Origin: an uncultured Chitinophagaceae bacterium
GTDB lineage: Bacteria; Bacteroidota; Ignavibacteria; Kapaibacteriales; UBA961
DNA: 64,000 bases
Direction: 5' to 3'
NCBI GenBank assembly: GCA_964527785.1
Contig: CAZGNO010000004.1
Span: 14,364 to 78,363, forward strand
Shown here: positions 50,117-58,805 of the stretch, in pieces
How positions within the stretch are numbered: position 1 is the stretch's first letter
Layout: every line of letters starts with the position of its first letter
Notes under the pieces: model-generated
Database searches by the model: none
Told to the model about the DNA's origin: nothing
The model's input: the letters and a program-made list of their open reading frames with translations, nothing else
Program-made: the position numbers and the translations under genes

Positions 50117-51283
50117 ATGCGAGTTCCCCTTCTTGATTTACAACTGCAATATCAAACTATTCAATCCGAAATTGAACCTGTACTGCTACGTATAGCACAG
50201 TCTCAATCCCTTATTCTCGGTAAGGAGACAGCAGACCTTGAGCAAACGCTTGCTAATTATTGCGGAGCAAAATTCGCTCTTGGTGTATCAAGCGGTACGG
50301 ATGCTCTGCTTATGGCATTGATGGCATTAGACCTAGCACCTGATGATGAAGTAATTATGCCTACATATTCATTCTTTGCAACAGCAGGGGTAGCTGCCCG
50401 ACTTCGTGCAAAACCTGTGTTTGTAGATTCAGAACCGGTGACTTTGAATATCAGCCCTGATGCAATTCAAGCGGCGATTACTTCACGTACAAAAGCAATT
50501 ATTCCGGTGCACCTCTACGGGCAAAGTGCAGCAATGGATGAGATATTGGCTATCGGAACAGAATTTGGAATTCCTATTATCGAAGATGCTGCCCAAGCAA
50601 TTGGTACACATTACCGAAACGGCACGCCTGTCGGTTCGATGGGACTGATGGGATGCTTTTCGTTCTATCCGACAAAGAATCTCGGCGCATTCGGTGATGC
50701 TGGATTGCTCACAACCAACGACGAAACTCTCTATAAAAAACTACGGCAAATGCGTGATCACGGAATGGAGCCGCGCTACTATCATAAATTTGTGGGCGGG
50801 AATTTCCGCATGGATGCAATCCAGGCAGGGGTACTCAACGTAAAGTTCCGCCATTTGGAGTCATGGCACGAAGCACGTCGAAACAATGCACGGCTTTACG
50901 AAACCCTGTTCTGCGAGCGCGGGCTAGCCCATGAAACCGGAAAAACAGCTTTTGACGACGCGAACAAAGTTCTCCTTCCTGCTGCAATTTATCAGTCATC
51001 AGGTGTGAAAAATTACCATATCTACAACCAGTTTATTATTAGAGTGGAGCGGCGAGATGAATTGCGTGAATTTCTGAAATCGAATGATATTGGGGCTGAG
51101 ATTTACTATCCTGTTCCATTCCACCGCCAGGAGTGCTTTCAGTATTTGAATCCGGTTGATGCCGATTTCCCTGTAGCGAACTTTGCTGCGACTACTTCGC
51201 TTGCACTTCCTATTTTCCCTGAGCTTCGCACGGAGCAGATTCATTTTGTGGTGGAGAAGATAGCTGAGTTTATTCGCGGGTAG
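50117..51283 (+). CDS. DegT/DnrJ/EryC1/StrS-family PLP-dependent sugar aminotransferase
   Basis: The protein has the N-terminal motif DLQLQY..I..E, the PLP-lysine region (..SFYPTKNLGAFGDAG..), and is 388 aa long. Confidence 0.85.
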   Translation: MRVPLLDLQLQYQTIQSEIEPVLLRIAQSQSLILGKETADLEQTLANYCGAKFALGVSSGTDALLMALMALDLAPDDEVIMPTYSFFATAGVAARLRAKPVFVDSEPVTLNISPDAIQAAITSRTKAIIPVHLYGQSAAMDEILAIGTEFGIPIIEDAAQAIGTHYRNGTPVGSMGLMGCFSFYPTKNLGAFGDAGLLTTNDETLYKKLRQMRDHGMEPRYYHKFVGGNFRMDAIQAGVLNVKFRHLESWHEARRNNARLYETLFCERGLAHETGKTAFDDANKVLLPAAIYQSSGVKNYHIYNQFIIRVERRDELREFLKSNDIGAEIYYPVPFHRQECFQYLNPVDADFPVANFAATTSLALPIFPELRTEQIHFVVEKIAEFIRG

Positions 51284-51310
51284 GATAATATATAGAATGC
51301 TTAAAACAAC

Positions 51311-51335
51311 AAAAGGGCTTTTTCAAGCCCTTTTG
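51311..51335 (+). terminator. Rho-independent terminator
   Basis: aaagggctt-tttc-aagcccttt followed by tg. Confidence 0.7.
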
Positions 51336-51369
51336 TCATTAATATTTATCGTTTGAATCTATCGAATCA

Positions 51370-51596
51370 TTATAGTTTTTCAATAAATTCTTCGATTTTA
51401 ATATCTGCTTGCTTTAAAATACTGCTTAGAGTACCAACAGCAACTGTTTCATGTAAAGGTACTGTGCAACCTCTTTTCCCATTTGCAGTTTCTTTTATCA
51501 ATGTAACATGACTTCCTCTCTGACGAACTCAGAAAATCCAAGTCTTTCCAATGCACGAATTATTTCTTTACCCGAGATTCTTGGAAGTTTAGGCAT
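51370..51596 (-). pseudogene. hicA: HicA (YcfA-type) toxin gene with a -1 frameshift
   Basis: From ATG 51596 the frame reads MPKLPRISGKEIIRALERLGFSE. The rest of the family consensus (VRQRGSHVTLIKETANGKRGCTVPLHETVAVGTLSSILKQADIKIEEFIEKL) continues in the -1 frame. The two-residue linker between GF and VRQ.GSH holds 5 nt instead of 6. Confidence 0.6.
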
Positions 51597-51798
51597 ATTC
51601 CAACTCAAACGTTGTAAGAAATATTGCAGAAGTTGAACCAATCGGAAATTCTTCAATATGGAGTTCCGTAGCTTCTTTCAAATTAGCAACGGCTTCTTCA
51701 ATTGATTTGCCTTGGCTCACAGTGCCTATTTCCGGACAGTTTGCTACATATATATCATCTTCAAGATGAACTACAGCAGAAAAATTATGGGTTTTCAT
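51589..51798 (-). CDS. hicB: HicB-family antitoxin
   Basis: 69 aa, MKTHNFSAVVHLEDDIYVANCPEIGTVSQGKSIEEAVANLKEA, the UPF0150/HicB RNase-H-like fold signature. It overlaps the hicA start by 8 bp. Confidence 0.7.
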   Translation of the reverse strand: MKTHNFSAVVHLEDDIYVANCPEIGTVSQGKSIEEAVANLKEATELHIEEFPIGSTSAIFLTTFELEYA

Positions 51799-51919
51799 AA
51801 AAAATACATAATAATAATTGTGAGTAAATTTGGTTTTAGAAGGTATCTTTACATCTCATAAATTCAGGTATTATCTATTAAATTGCATATGACTGTATTT
51901 TACGTCTGTAACTATTCCC

Positions 51920-52525
51920 TTACTCATCATCATCCGGCGAATAATCATACCGCTTCCCCGAAGCATCCACCACCGCGTATTTCGGAGAAATATCACCGCG
52001 AATAATTCTTTTGAGTTTTTTCTGTGAGAGAGTACGACGGAGCGAGGTGAGCCGCTCGAAGAAGTAAATTCCATTCAAGTGGTCAATTTCATGCTGGGCT
52101 ACGCGCGCAAAGAGTCCGTCCACCTCCATCGTATGCTCTTTCATATCAATATCCATAAATCGAATCTGCACAGCGTCAGGGCGCATTACCTTTTCACGGA
52201 AATGGGGGAGGGACAAGCATCCCTCTTCGAAATCAATTTCCTCGTCAGAAAAGTATTCTATAACAGGGTTGATAAGAGCCATAGGTTCGATAATCGGCTC
52301 GTCGTCCTCATCATCCTCGTCATCAGCAGCACGGGAAACGTCAATTACCGTAAGGGCTATGGAGGCACCCACCTGATTGGCAGCTAGTCCAATACCATCG
52401 GCAGCATACATTGTGTCGAACATATCTTTGATAAACGAGCGGAGTTCGCCCGTCATTTCGGTGATTGGTTCCGTCTTTTTCTTTAAGACAGGATGGTTAT
52501 ATAAATACACAGGGAGAACAGACAT
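51920..52525 (-). CDS. def: Peptide deformylase
   Basis: The three Def motifs are present (GIGLAANQVG, EGCLS.P, HEIDHL). An acidic insertion (DDEDDEDDE) is present. Confidence 0.9.
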   Translation of the reverse strand: MSVLPVYLYNHPVLKKKTEPITEMTGELRSFIKDMFDTMYAADGIGLAANQVGASIALTVIDVSRAADDEDDEDDEPIIEPMALINPVIEYFSDEEIDFEEGCLSLPHFREKVMRPDAVQIRFMDIDMKEHTMEVDGLFARVAQHEIDHLNGIYFFERLTSLRRTLSQKKLKRIIRGDISPKYAVVDASGKRYDYSPDDDE

Positions 52526-52605
52526 AGATTGAATACCTAATTTTACAAGTTATAACATACTACTCATCGCTTACAATTTAATCCCTATCCCTTACACCAT
52601 GCCGT

Positions 52606-53445
52606 TTATGTAAGTATATCTTTCCGACTGAATACAACTGCCGCAGCAGTAAAAAACACAATGCAATATGCCACGAGTATCCCGCCTGAATTTATTATTT
52701 TATCAATAGCAACCGGTTGCTCGAAAAAGAATTTCCATCCTGTCAGATGAGAAGTAATCAAGAATGGCTTTACAGCAGCTATAAACGGTGCATTCAATGT
52801 TGAAACGATTGTAAAAACTATAATTATCGCCATTGTTGAAGCTATCGGACCAATTGCATTCTCTACCAAAGCCGAAAAAAGAAATGCCAATGATGCAACT
52901 GCGGTCATGCTAAGAGCAGCATACGCATACGAATAAAGAAACCGCCAAAGAATATCGTCGGCAGCTAAAATAGTAATTTTTTCGCCCACAATCAGCAATT
53001 CTCCCTTTCCAAATACCAAAAAACTCAAACCCAAGCTAAGTATTGCAAGCCAAAGAATCAGCAAATTGGTATATACTAATCCCGCTATAAACTTGGAAGT
53101 AACCACCTGCAACCGAGAAATGGGTCTTACCAGTAAGAGGCGATATGTTCCCGCTGTTGCTTCACCCGCGAGCAAGTCCCCCGTAACTAAAGAAATCAAA
53201 AGGGGTATATGTACATATAAACTTTGCAAAGTAATGAAAGCAATGAGAAAACCGTTGGTCATGTGTCCCGAAAAGTCAAATTGCTGCTGCAAGGTTTGAG
53301 TAAATAAATTAAAATACTCGTCGCCTTCCGAATACATCGCCACTTGAATAATGGGGACCAACACGGTAACTGCAATGAAACCGATAAACGAACGCCACTT
53401 GCTGAATATTTTTGAAAGCTCTATTCGGATAAGCGTGAATATCAT
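52606..53445 (-). CDS. ABC-2 type transporter permease
   Basis: Six transmembrane segments, 279 aa, and a 4-bp overlap with the upstream ATPase gene. Confidence 0.7.
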   Translation of the reverse strand: MIFTLIRIELSKIFSKWRSFIGFIAVTVLVPIIQVAMYSEGDEYFNLFTQTLQQQFDFSGHMTNGFLIAFITLQSLYVHIPLLISLVTGDLLAGEATAGTYRLLLVRPISRLQVVTSKFIAGLVYTNLLILWLAILSLGLSFLVFGKGELLIVGEKITILAADDILWRFLYSYAYAALSMTAVASLAFLFSALVENAIGPIASTMAIIIVFTIVSTLNAPFIAAVKPFLITSHLTGWKFFFEQPVAIDKIINSGGILVAYCIVFFTAAAVVFSRKDILT

Positions 53446-54362
53446 GAGCGGACATCCTGAGTAATATTCAAAAAATAATCTTCGAGAGAACGGGTGGATT
53501 TAATTGAATGAACTGCTATATCATTACAAACAAGCAATTGATTCACACGAGCAATATCGTCTTGCACAAGCGACAGCAGAAGCTCACTTTCTGATTGCTC
53601 CACACACTCTTTCCATTCCGAGTTTTCCAACAGTATCTGCGATTTTTGCAGTTTATCAACCCCTATTCTCACTATAAAGCTACCTGAATTAAGGAGCTTT
53701 TGCACTTCACCTTCTACTACTGTTCGCCCTTTGTTGATAATCGCCATCCGGCTTGCCACAACTTCTACTTCGGGTAAAATGTGGGACGAAAGAAAAATCG
53801 TTTTCTTCTCTTCACGGCTAAGATGAAGAATAAGGTCGCGCACTTCTTTCACTCCCATCGGGTCAAGTCCGTTGGTGGGTTCGTCGAGGATAATCAGTTC
53901 AGGATTGTGGATAAGTGCTTGCGCAATACCGAGACGCTGCTTCATTCCATACGAGTATGTTTTTACTTTGCTGTGGGCTCGTTCATGGAGGTTTACTATT
54001 TCCAGTACTTCCATAATACGTTTGCGAGAAATATCAACACCGGAAATTCTCCCCAAAATTTCAAGATTCTTATATGCTGTAAGATAGAGGTAGAAATCAG
54101 GTTTTTCTACTATTGCCCCTATATTGCGGAGTATCTCTTTACGATGGGATGCGAGCGGCTTGCCGAAAATACTGATAGTTCCGTCAGTGGGTTCAATCAA
54201 TGAAAGCATCATACGGATTGTAGTACTTTTACCGGCACCGTTCGGACCCAAGAATCCGTAAATATCACCCCGACAGACATTCATACTGAGATTATCTACC
54301 GCAGTAAAATTGTTAAATTTTTTTGTCAGGTTTTTTATTTCGATAATTATATCGGTGGGCAT
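53442..54362 (-). CDS. ABC transporter ATP-binding protein
   Basis: Walker A motif GPNGAGKST, signature SYGMKQRL and Walker B motif LIILDEPT. Confidence 0.9.
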   Translation of the reverse strand: MPTDIIIEIKNLTKKFNNFTAVDNLSMNVCRGDIYGFLGPNGAGKSTTIRMMLSLIEPTDGTISIFGKPLASHRKEILRNIGAIVEKPDFYLYLTAYKNLEILGRISGVDISRKRIMEVLEIVNLHERAHSKVKTYSYGMKQRLGIAQALIHNPELIILDEPTNGLDPMGVKEVRDLILHLSREEKKTIFLSSHILPEVEVVASRMAIINKGRTVVEGEVQKLLNSGSFIVRIGVDKLQKSQILLENSEWKECVEQSESELLLSLVQDDIARVNQLLVCNDIAVHSIKSTRSLEDYFLNITQDVRS

Positions 54363-54403
54363 CGGGGCTTGATTAAAACGGAAGAACAGCGTATTATTTC
54401 AAT

Positions 54404-54883
54404 CTATTCCCCGTATTTATGAGCAAGCATCTCTGCTACTTTCGGGGAAACAAATTCACTTACATTTTGGCGGTAACGTGCTAATTCGCGAATGATTGTA
54501 GAATTTAGGTAGGTATATTTTTCGTGGGGCATTAGGAAAATAGTAGAAATTGACGGCTCAAGTTTGCGATTCATCAGAGCCATTTGAAATTCATATTCAA
54601 AATCAGAAATAGCACGTAAACCGCGAATAATGGCAATAGCCGAATATGTACGGGCACAGTCAATCATAAGTCCTTCGTGAAGGACCACCTCGGCATTAGA
54701 CAGATGGGCTAGGGCATCGCGGACAAGTTCCACTCGCTCTTCTTTGGTAAATAGTGGTGATTTCTTACTATTGACAGCAATAACAACAACCACACGGTCG
54801 AACATTGCAGCAGCACGTTCAATTATATCGAGATGCCCGTTGGTAATAGGATCGAATGTACCCGGGTAGATTGCTGTGCGCAT
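54404..54883 (-). CDS. coaD: Phosphopantetheine adenylyltransferase
   Basis: MRTAIYPGTFDPITNGHLDII (HxGH nucleotidyltransferase motif), about 160 aa. Confidence 0.9.
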   Translation of the reverse strand: MRTAIYPGTFDPITNGHLDIIERAAAMFDRVVVVIAVNSKKSPLFTKEERVELVRDALAHLSNAEVVLHEGLMIDCARTYSAIAIIRGLRAISDFEYEFQMALMNRKLEPSISTIFLMPHEKYTYLNSTIIRELARYRQNVSEFVSPKVAEMLAHKYGE

Positions 54884-55662
54884 TATTTCCCCTTCCATAC
54901 AGGTTTACGTTTTTCGACGAAGGCAGCCATTCCTTCTTTTTGATCTTCGCTTGCAAAAAGCATATAGAAATTTTTACGTTCAAATTCCAGCCCCCCTTCA
55001 AGAGTTGTACTGAATGCTTTCAACACTGCTTCTTTGGCAAGCCGGCTGGAAATCGGTGCTTTGGAGGCAACCTCAGCAGCAAGAGCAAATGCCTCATTCA
55101 AATACCCTTCCACAGGAACTACCCGATTGACCAATCCTGCTCTCAGTGCTTCCTGTGCACCCATCATTCTTCCGGTGAGCACCATTTCCATAGCGAGTGC
55201 TTTGCCTATTGCACGGGTAAGACGCTGAGTTCCGCCAGCGCCGGGCATTGCACCAAGATTTATTTCCGGCTGTCCGAATTGTGCTGTTTCGCTCGCAACA
55301 ATCATATCACAATGCATTGTCAGTTCGCACCCTCCGCCAAGTGCGAAGCCGGAAACTGCAGCGATAAGAGGCGTTTTGCAAAGGCGGATTCGTTCCCAAC
55401 GGGCAAATTGGTCTCGTTCGAGCATCTCTATTGTTCCTGCATCTGCCATTTCCTTAATGTCTGCTCCTGCGGCAAATGCCTTTACACTTCCATGGACAAC
55501 AATGCAACGGATATCGGGGTTTTTATCATATGCTTCCACTGCTTGCACTAGTTCAACCATCAATTGCAAACTCAACGCGTTGAGTGCTTCAGGGCGATGG
55601 AGCTCAATTGCCCCTACAAACGGCTTGGGCTGGTATATTTTTATACAGGTAAATTCAGACAT
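54883..55662 (-). CDS. Enoyl-CoA hydratase/isomerase (crotonase) family protein
   Basis: The oxyanion-hole regions (..AFAAGADI.. and ..GFALGGGCELTMHCD..) are present and the protein is about 260 aa long. Confidence 0.85.
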   Translation of the reverse strand: MSEFTCIKIYQPKPFVGAIELHRPEALNALSLQLMVELVQAVEAYDKNPDIRCIVVHGSVKAFAAGADIKEMADAGTIEMLERDQFARWERIRLCKTPLIAAVSGFALGGGCELTMHCDMIVASETAQFGQPEINLGAMPGAGGTQRLTRAIGKALAMEMVLTGRMMGAQEALRAGLVNRVVPVEGYLNEAFALAAEVASKAPISSRLAKEAVLKAFSTTLEGGLEFERKNFYMLFASEDQKEGMAAFVEKRKPVWKGK

Positions 55663-55800
55663 AAATTCTTTCAATATTTATCAATATCATCTGTAATAGC
55701 TCATCCTCTATGAAACAGAATGGTGAACCAAGTGTAAAAACTGCTCAAAAATAAAAAAAGGCGGTGAAACCACCGCCTTCAATATTATTTTCCATACTAT

Positions 55801-56136
55801 TTACTTAACAATTGAAATTCCACCAATTAGTGGAAGAGGAGCCATTTTACCACTAGCTGCATTCATAAGCCCAAGCACCATAAGAACAAACAATCCCACT
55901 TGAATTGCCCAGAATATAAAGTGTATCATTCCAAAATTCATTATATTAGAACCAACACCGACAAGCAACCACATTATCAGCAAAACTAAACCTTGATTAG
56001 CGTGATAACGTGCAAATTGCGAATCTTTGGCGGCAAGCAGCGGGATAAGACACAGGCATCCGAGATAGGCAATTATTGCCATTATCTTGTTTTTCTCAAC
56101 ATCTACCGGATCGGGGATCATAGTATCATCATTCAT
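55801..56136 (-). CDS. DUF4870-like small membrane protein
   Basis: Three transmembrane segments and the motif ..ARYHANQGL.., 111 aa. Confidence 0.5.
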   Translation of the reverse strand: MNDDTMIPDPVDVEKNKIMAIIAYLGCLCLIPLLAAKDSQFARYHANQGLVLLIMWLLVGVGSNIMNFGMIHFIFWAIQVGLFVLMVLGLMNAASGKMAPLPLIGGISIVK

Positions 56137-56388
56137 TCTAACACCTCATAATAGAAAATATAAAATAAATAAACTCTGTCCCACACTAGGGCGTACCGAG
56201 GAAACAACACAGTTGTTCTGCTAACTTAAATTCAATGTCACAATTCTTAATTTCCCATACAATTGTATGATATTCTTTTGTTCCCACCCTCAAAACAACT
56301 TATTTTTCTAAACTATCGGTATCGGCCTAATAGGAGAATTAACAATAGTAATACCTCATCTATAGCTCTTGTTTATGCTGAAGACCTT

Positions 56389-56793
56389 TTAGTTTTTAAC
56401 CAATGCATTTCCTTGTGCATCTTTATAGCTTCCCGTGACAATCTGAATAATGTCAATCAAAGTCCATATTCCGCATCCCCCAAGTGTTAATAATTGGACT
56501 ACGCCAATTCCTGTATGACCCGTATAGAATCTATGAACTCCAAAATAGCCGACAAACAAAGCCAAAAGCAGTGTTGTAAGCCAATCTTTTGATTCCCCGG
56601 CTACTGCTCCCGGTCTTGCGCCTGTTATTTCACCTCTCAAACCAACACCACACTTCATACAGACAACGGTACTCGGCGATGTATCTGCTTTGCAGTTGGA
56701 GCAGTATTTATTGCCTGAATTTGGAGGAGTACCGCAAGCTACGCACATGATTGCTTTTTCGGAAACTTCATTTCCACAATTTCTACAATACAT
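56389..56793 (-). CDS. Zinc-ribbon plus TM2-domain protein
   Basis: Two N-terminal CxxC pairs (CRNCGN, CVACG, CSNC, CMKCG) and then the TM2 signature (..[41 protein letters not shown]). Confidence 0.7.
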   Translation of the reverse strand: MYCRNCGNEVSEKAIMCVACGTPPNSGNKYCSNCKADTSPSTVVCMKCGVGLRGEITGARPGAVAGESKDWLTTLLLALFVGYFGVHRFYTGHTGIGVVQLLTLGGCGIWTLIDIIQIVTGSYKDAQGNALVKN

Positions 56794-56944
56794 AGTTATA
56801 ATTTGATGATTATCAACTGGCTTTTGTAGCCCCGTTTTTTTGAGTGGTTTCTGAACTCCACTTTATAATTAAAAACTACATTTTTCAAAGAATCAATTGT
56901 TTTACATTCATTACAAGTGATTTACTATACATAAATTGGAATAT

Positions 56945-57320
56945 TAATCCTGTCATTCAGAGTTCATGGTAGCCGCCCAAATCCAGATGCAAAATAATGT
57001 AATGACATAATAAAATAAACAGTTGCCTTCTGTCATTCTGATGGAGTCCGCGACTGAAGAATCTCAGTTTAATTGAATCTTGAGTATTATGTATTTCTTT
57101 ATCATCTGAACTGAACTGAACTTTTCTTTTTAAGGACTGCTTTTAATTCCCGGAGAATCCCCTAAACTGAGATTCTTCGGTCAAAGAAGCCCTCTGAATG
57201 ACGAGTAAATGTAAGAGATGCAATTTACAGCACATTGAAGAATCTATTAGTGCATCCGTTCGGCAGATTCTAACTTTCTAATAGATTCTTCAGTCGAAGA
57301 CCCCTTCAGAATGGCACTAT
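56945..57320. repeat. Repeat-rich intergenic region with four copies of an approximately 36-bp element in a forward-forward-reverse-reverse arrangement
   Basis: The forward copies are tgtcattcagagttcatgg (56951) and tgtcattctgatggagtccgcgactgaagaatctcag (57031-67). The reverse copies are ctgagattcttcggtcaaagaagccctctgaatgac (57167-203) and tagattcttcagtcgaagaccccttcagaatggc (57282-314). A (ctgaa)3 microsatellite sits at the centre of symmetry near 57106-22, and an extra gaagaatctattag / ctaatagattcttc pair lies at 57237/57276. Confidence 0.6.
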
Positions 57321-57356
57321 TTTATTTGTGCGCTTTATTTTGCCCATCACTTACTG

Positions 57357-58004
57357 TTATTTAGCTGCAAGTTCACTTAACTTCATTGACTTAGCAATTG
57401 ATTTCGCCATGTCGTTATTTGGCTGGGTTGATGCTTTCACCGTAAGGATAAACCGACCGCCTACTGCTGTTGTTATTTCACTGTTTTTATTTTGCTTGTC
57501 ATAATGTTCCCAGCCGGCTACGTCCTTCATTCCCAAATCAAAGGAACGAGAGTATCCGTTTTGGTCTTCCATCGAGAAGTTTGTTCCCCATAGAGCAGTC
57601 ATTCCTGTGTAAAGGTCGCTTGATGCGTTATAATCAATAATAGTCACCTCGACAGATTCCTCTGCGCCTTCAGCACCGGATTTTGTATATCGGCGTGCAG
57701 CTGTCGAATACGACATTCCCGTCATATTCATTGTCGAGCCGCTTGGCTCTTGAGGGGTATAGCCCGATACAGACTCAGGAAGATATTTTTGTAAATCCTG
57801 ATATGGCATTGCAAGAGTATCCCCGCGTTTCCGACGCTCTTCACGACGAGCTTCGTTTACTTGGTTTGCCTTCTCGACATTTTCGCTTACCTTGCCTAAT
57901 TCTTTTACATTCTCTGCTGCCTGACGCATTTCATCCATTTTCCCGCCACAGCCAGACACTCCAATCAGGGTTGCTACCGATAAACACATTATCCAATATT
58001 TCAT
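57357..58004 (-). CDS. Hypothetical lipoprotein
   Basis: Lipobox LIGVSGC|GGK. Family not recognised. Confidence 0.5.
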   Translation of the reverse strand: MKYWIMCLSVATLIGVSGCGGKMDEMRQAAENVKELGKVSENVEKANQVNEARREERRKRGDTLAMPYQDLQKYLPESVSGYTPQEPSGSTMNMTGMSYSTAARRYTKSGAEGAEESVEVTIIDYNASSDLYTGMTALWGTNFSMEDQNGYSRSFDLGMKDVAGWEHYDKQNKNSEITTAVGGRFILTVKASTQPNNDMAKSIAKSMKLSELAAK

Positions 58005-58270
58005 CCGATTTACTCCTTAAAAAATGATAAAATCAAATAAACTGACAGGGCATCAAAATACTTTATCGAAACTAAGCTAATTTCATCACTTCTCCAACAT
58101 CAAAAATCAGAAAAATGACGAGTAACCGTCTTTTTATCTAAAATTATGAAAATAAGAAACTATAACAGGTTCTATACCACATTATTTTCTGCTTTTCTAC
58201 GATGCATAAAAGCAGTAATTTTGAAGAACAATTAACAAGTACATCGGTTCATCTCTAGCATACGTAAACC

Positions 58271-58777
58271 ATGAAAACCATTCTTAACAACCCAATTCTA
58301 GCCCTTGCGGTTCGTTTGCTGCTTGGAGGTATTTTCATTTTTGCAGCATTGGATAAAATTGCCGAACCGGATGCCTTTGCCAAATCTATCGGCAACTATC
58401 ATATTATTCCAAATGCTGCATTGAATCTTATGGCACTTACAATGCCGTGGATTGAGCTCCTCGCCGGAATATTTTTGGTAATCGGTGTTCGTATCCGCGC
58501 ATCATCGGCACTTATTTCGGGAATGCTGATAGTATTTATTATTGCAATTATCTCGGCAATTCTAAGGGGTTATAATATCAATTGCGGCTGTTTTGCACAA
58601 ACATCACAGGGTGCTGCCACGAAAGCATCACAAGTTGGATGGATGAAAGTTCTTGAAGATACTGCTATGCTAGCCGGTGCACTGTATCTCTATTTTTTTC
58701 CAAACAAGCAATATACATTCGATTCGCTTGCAGCTAATGACGAAGTTTCTTCTCAAAATGCAAGCATTGCACACTAA
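58271..58777 (+). CDS. DoxX/MauE-family membrane protein
   Basis: Four transmembrane segments, ..LRLLLGGIFIFAALDK.. and the conserved NCGCF motif. Confidence 0.7.
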   Translation: MKTILNNPILALAVRLLLGGIFIFAALDKIAEPDAFAKSIGNYHIIPNAALNLMALTMPWIELLAGIFLVIGVRIRASSALISGMLIVFIIAIISAILRGYNINCGCFAQTSQGAATKASQVGWMKVLEDTAMLAGALYLYFFPNKQYTFDSLAANDEVSSQNASIAH

Positions 58778-58805
58778 ATTCTTATTTCTGAACTATACTT
58801 TGTCC

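Noticed and set aside
54856-55551. 231-aa + strand ORF rich in Cys/His
   Set aside because: It is antisense to the well-supported crotonase gene (54883..55662, -) and has no signal, domain or codon-usage support.
58005-58805. SAM (S-box) riboswitch upstream of the yitJ-like gene, as in Bacillus
   Set aside because: No S-box consensus was seen. The gene begins 28 nt after the DoxX/MauE gene stop codon, which leaves no room for a leader.
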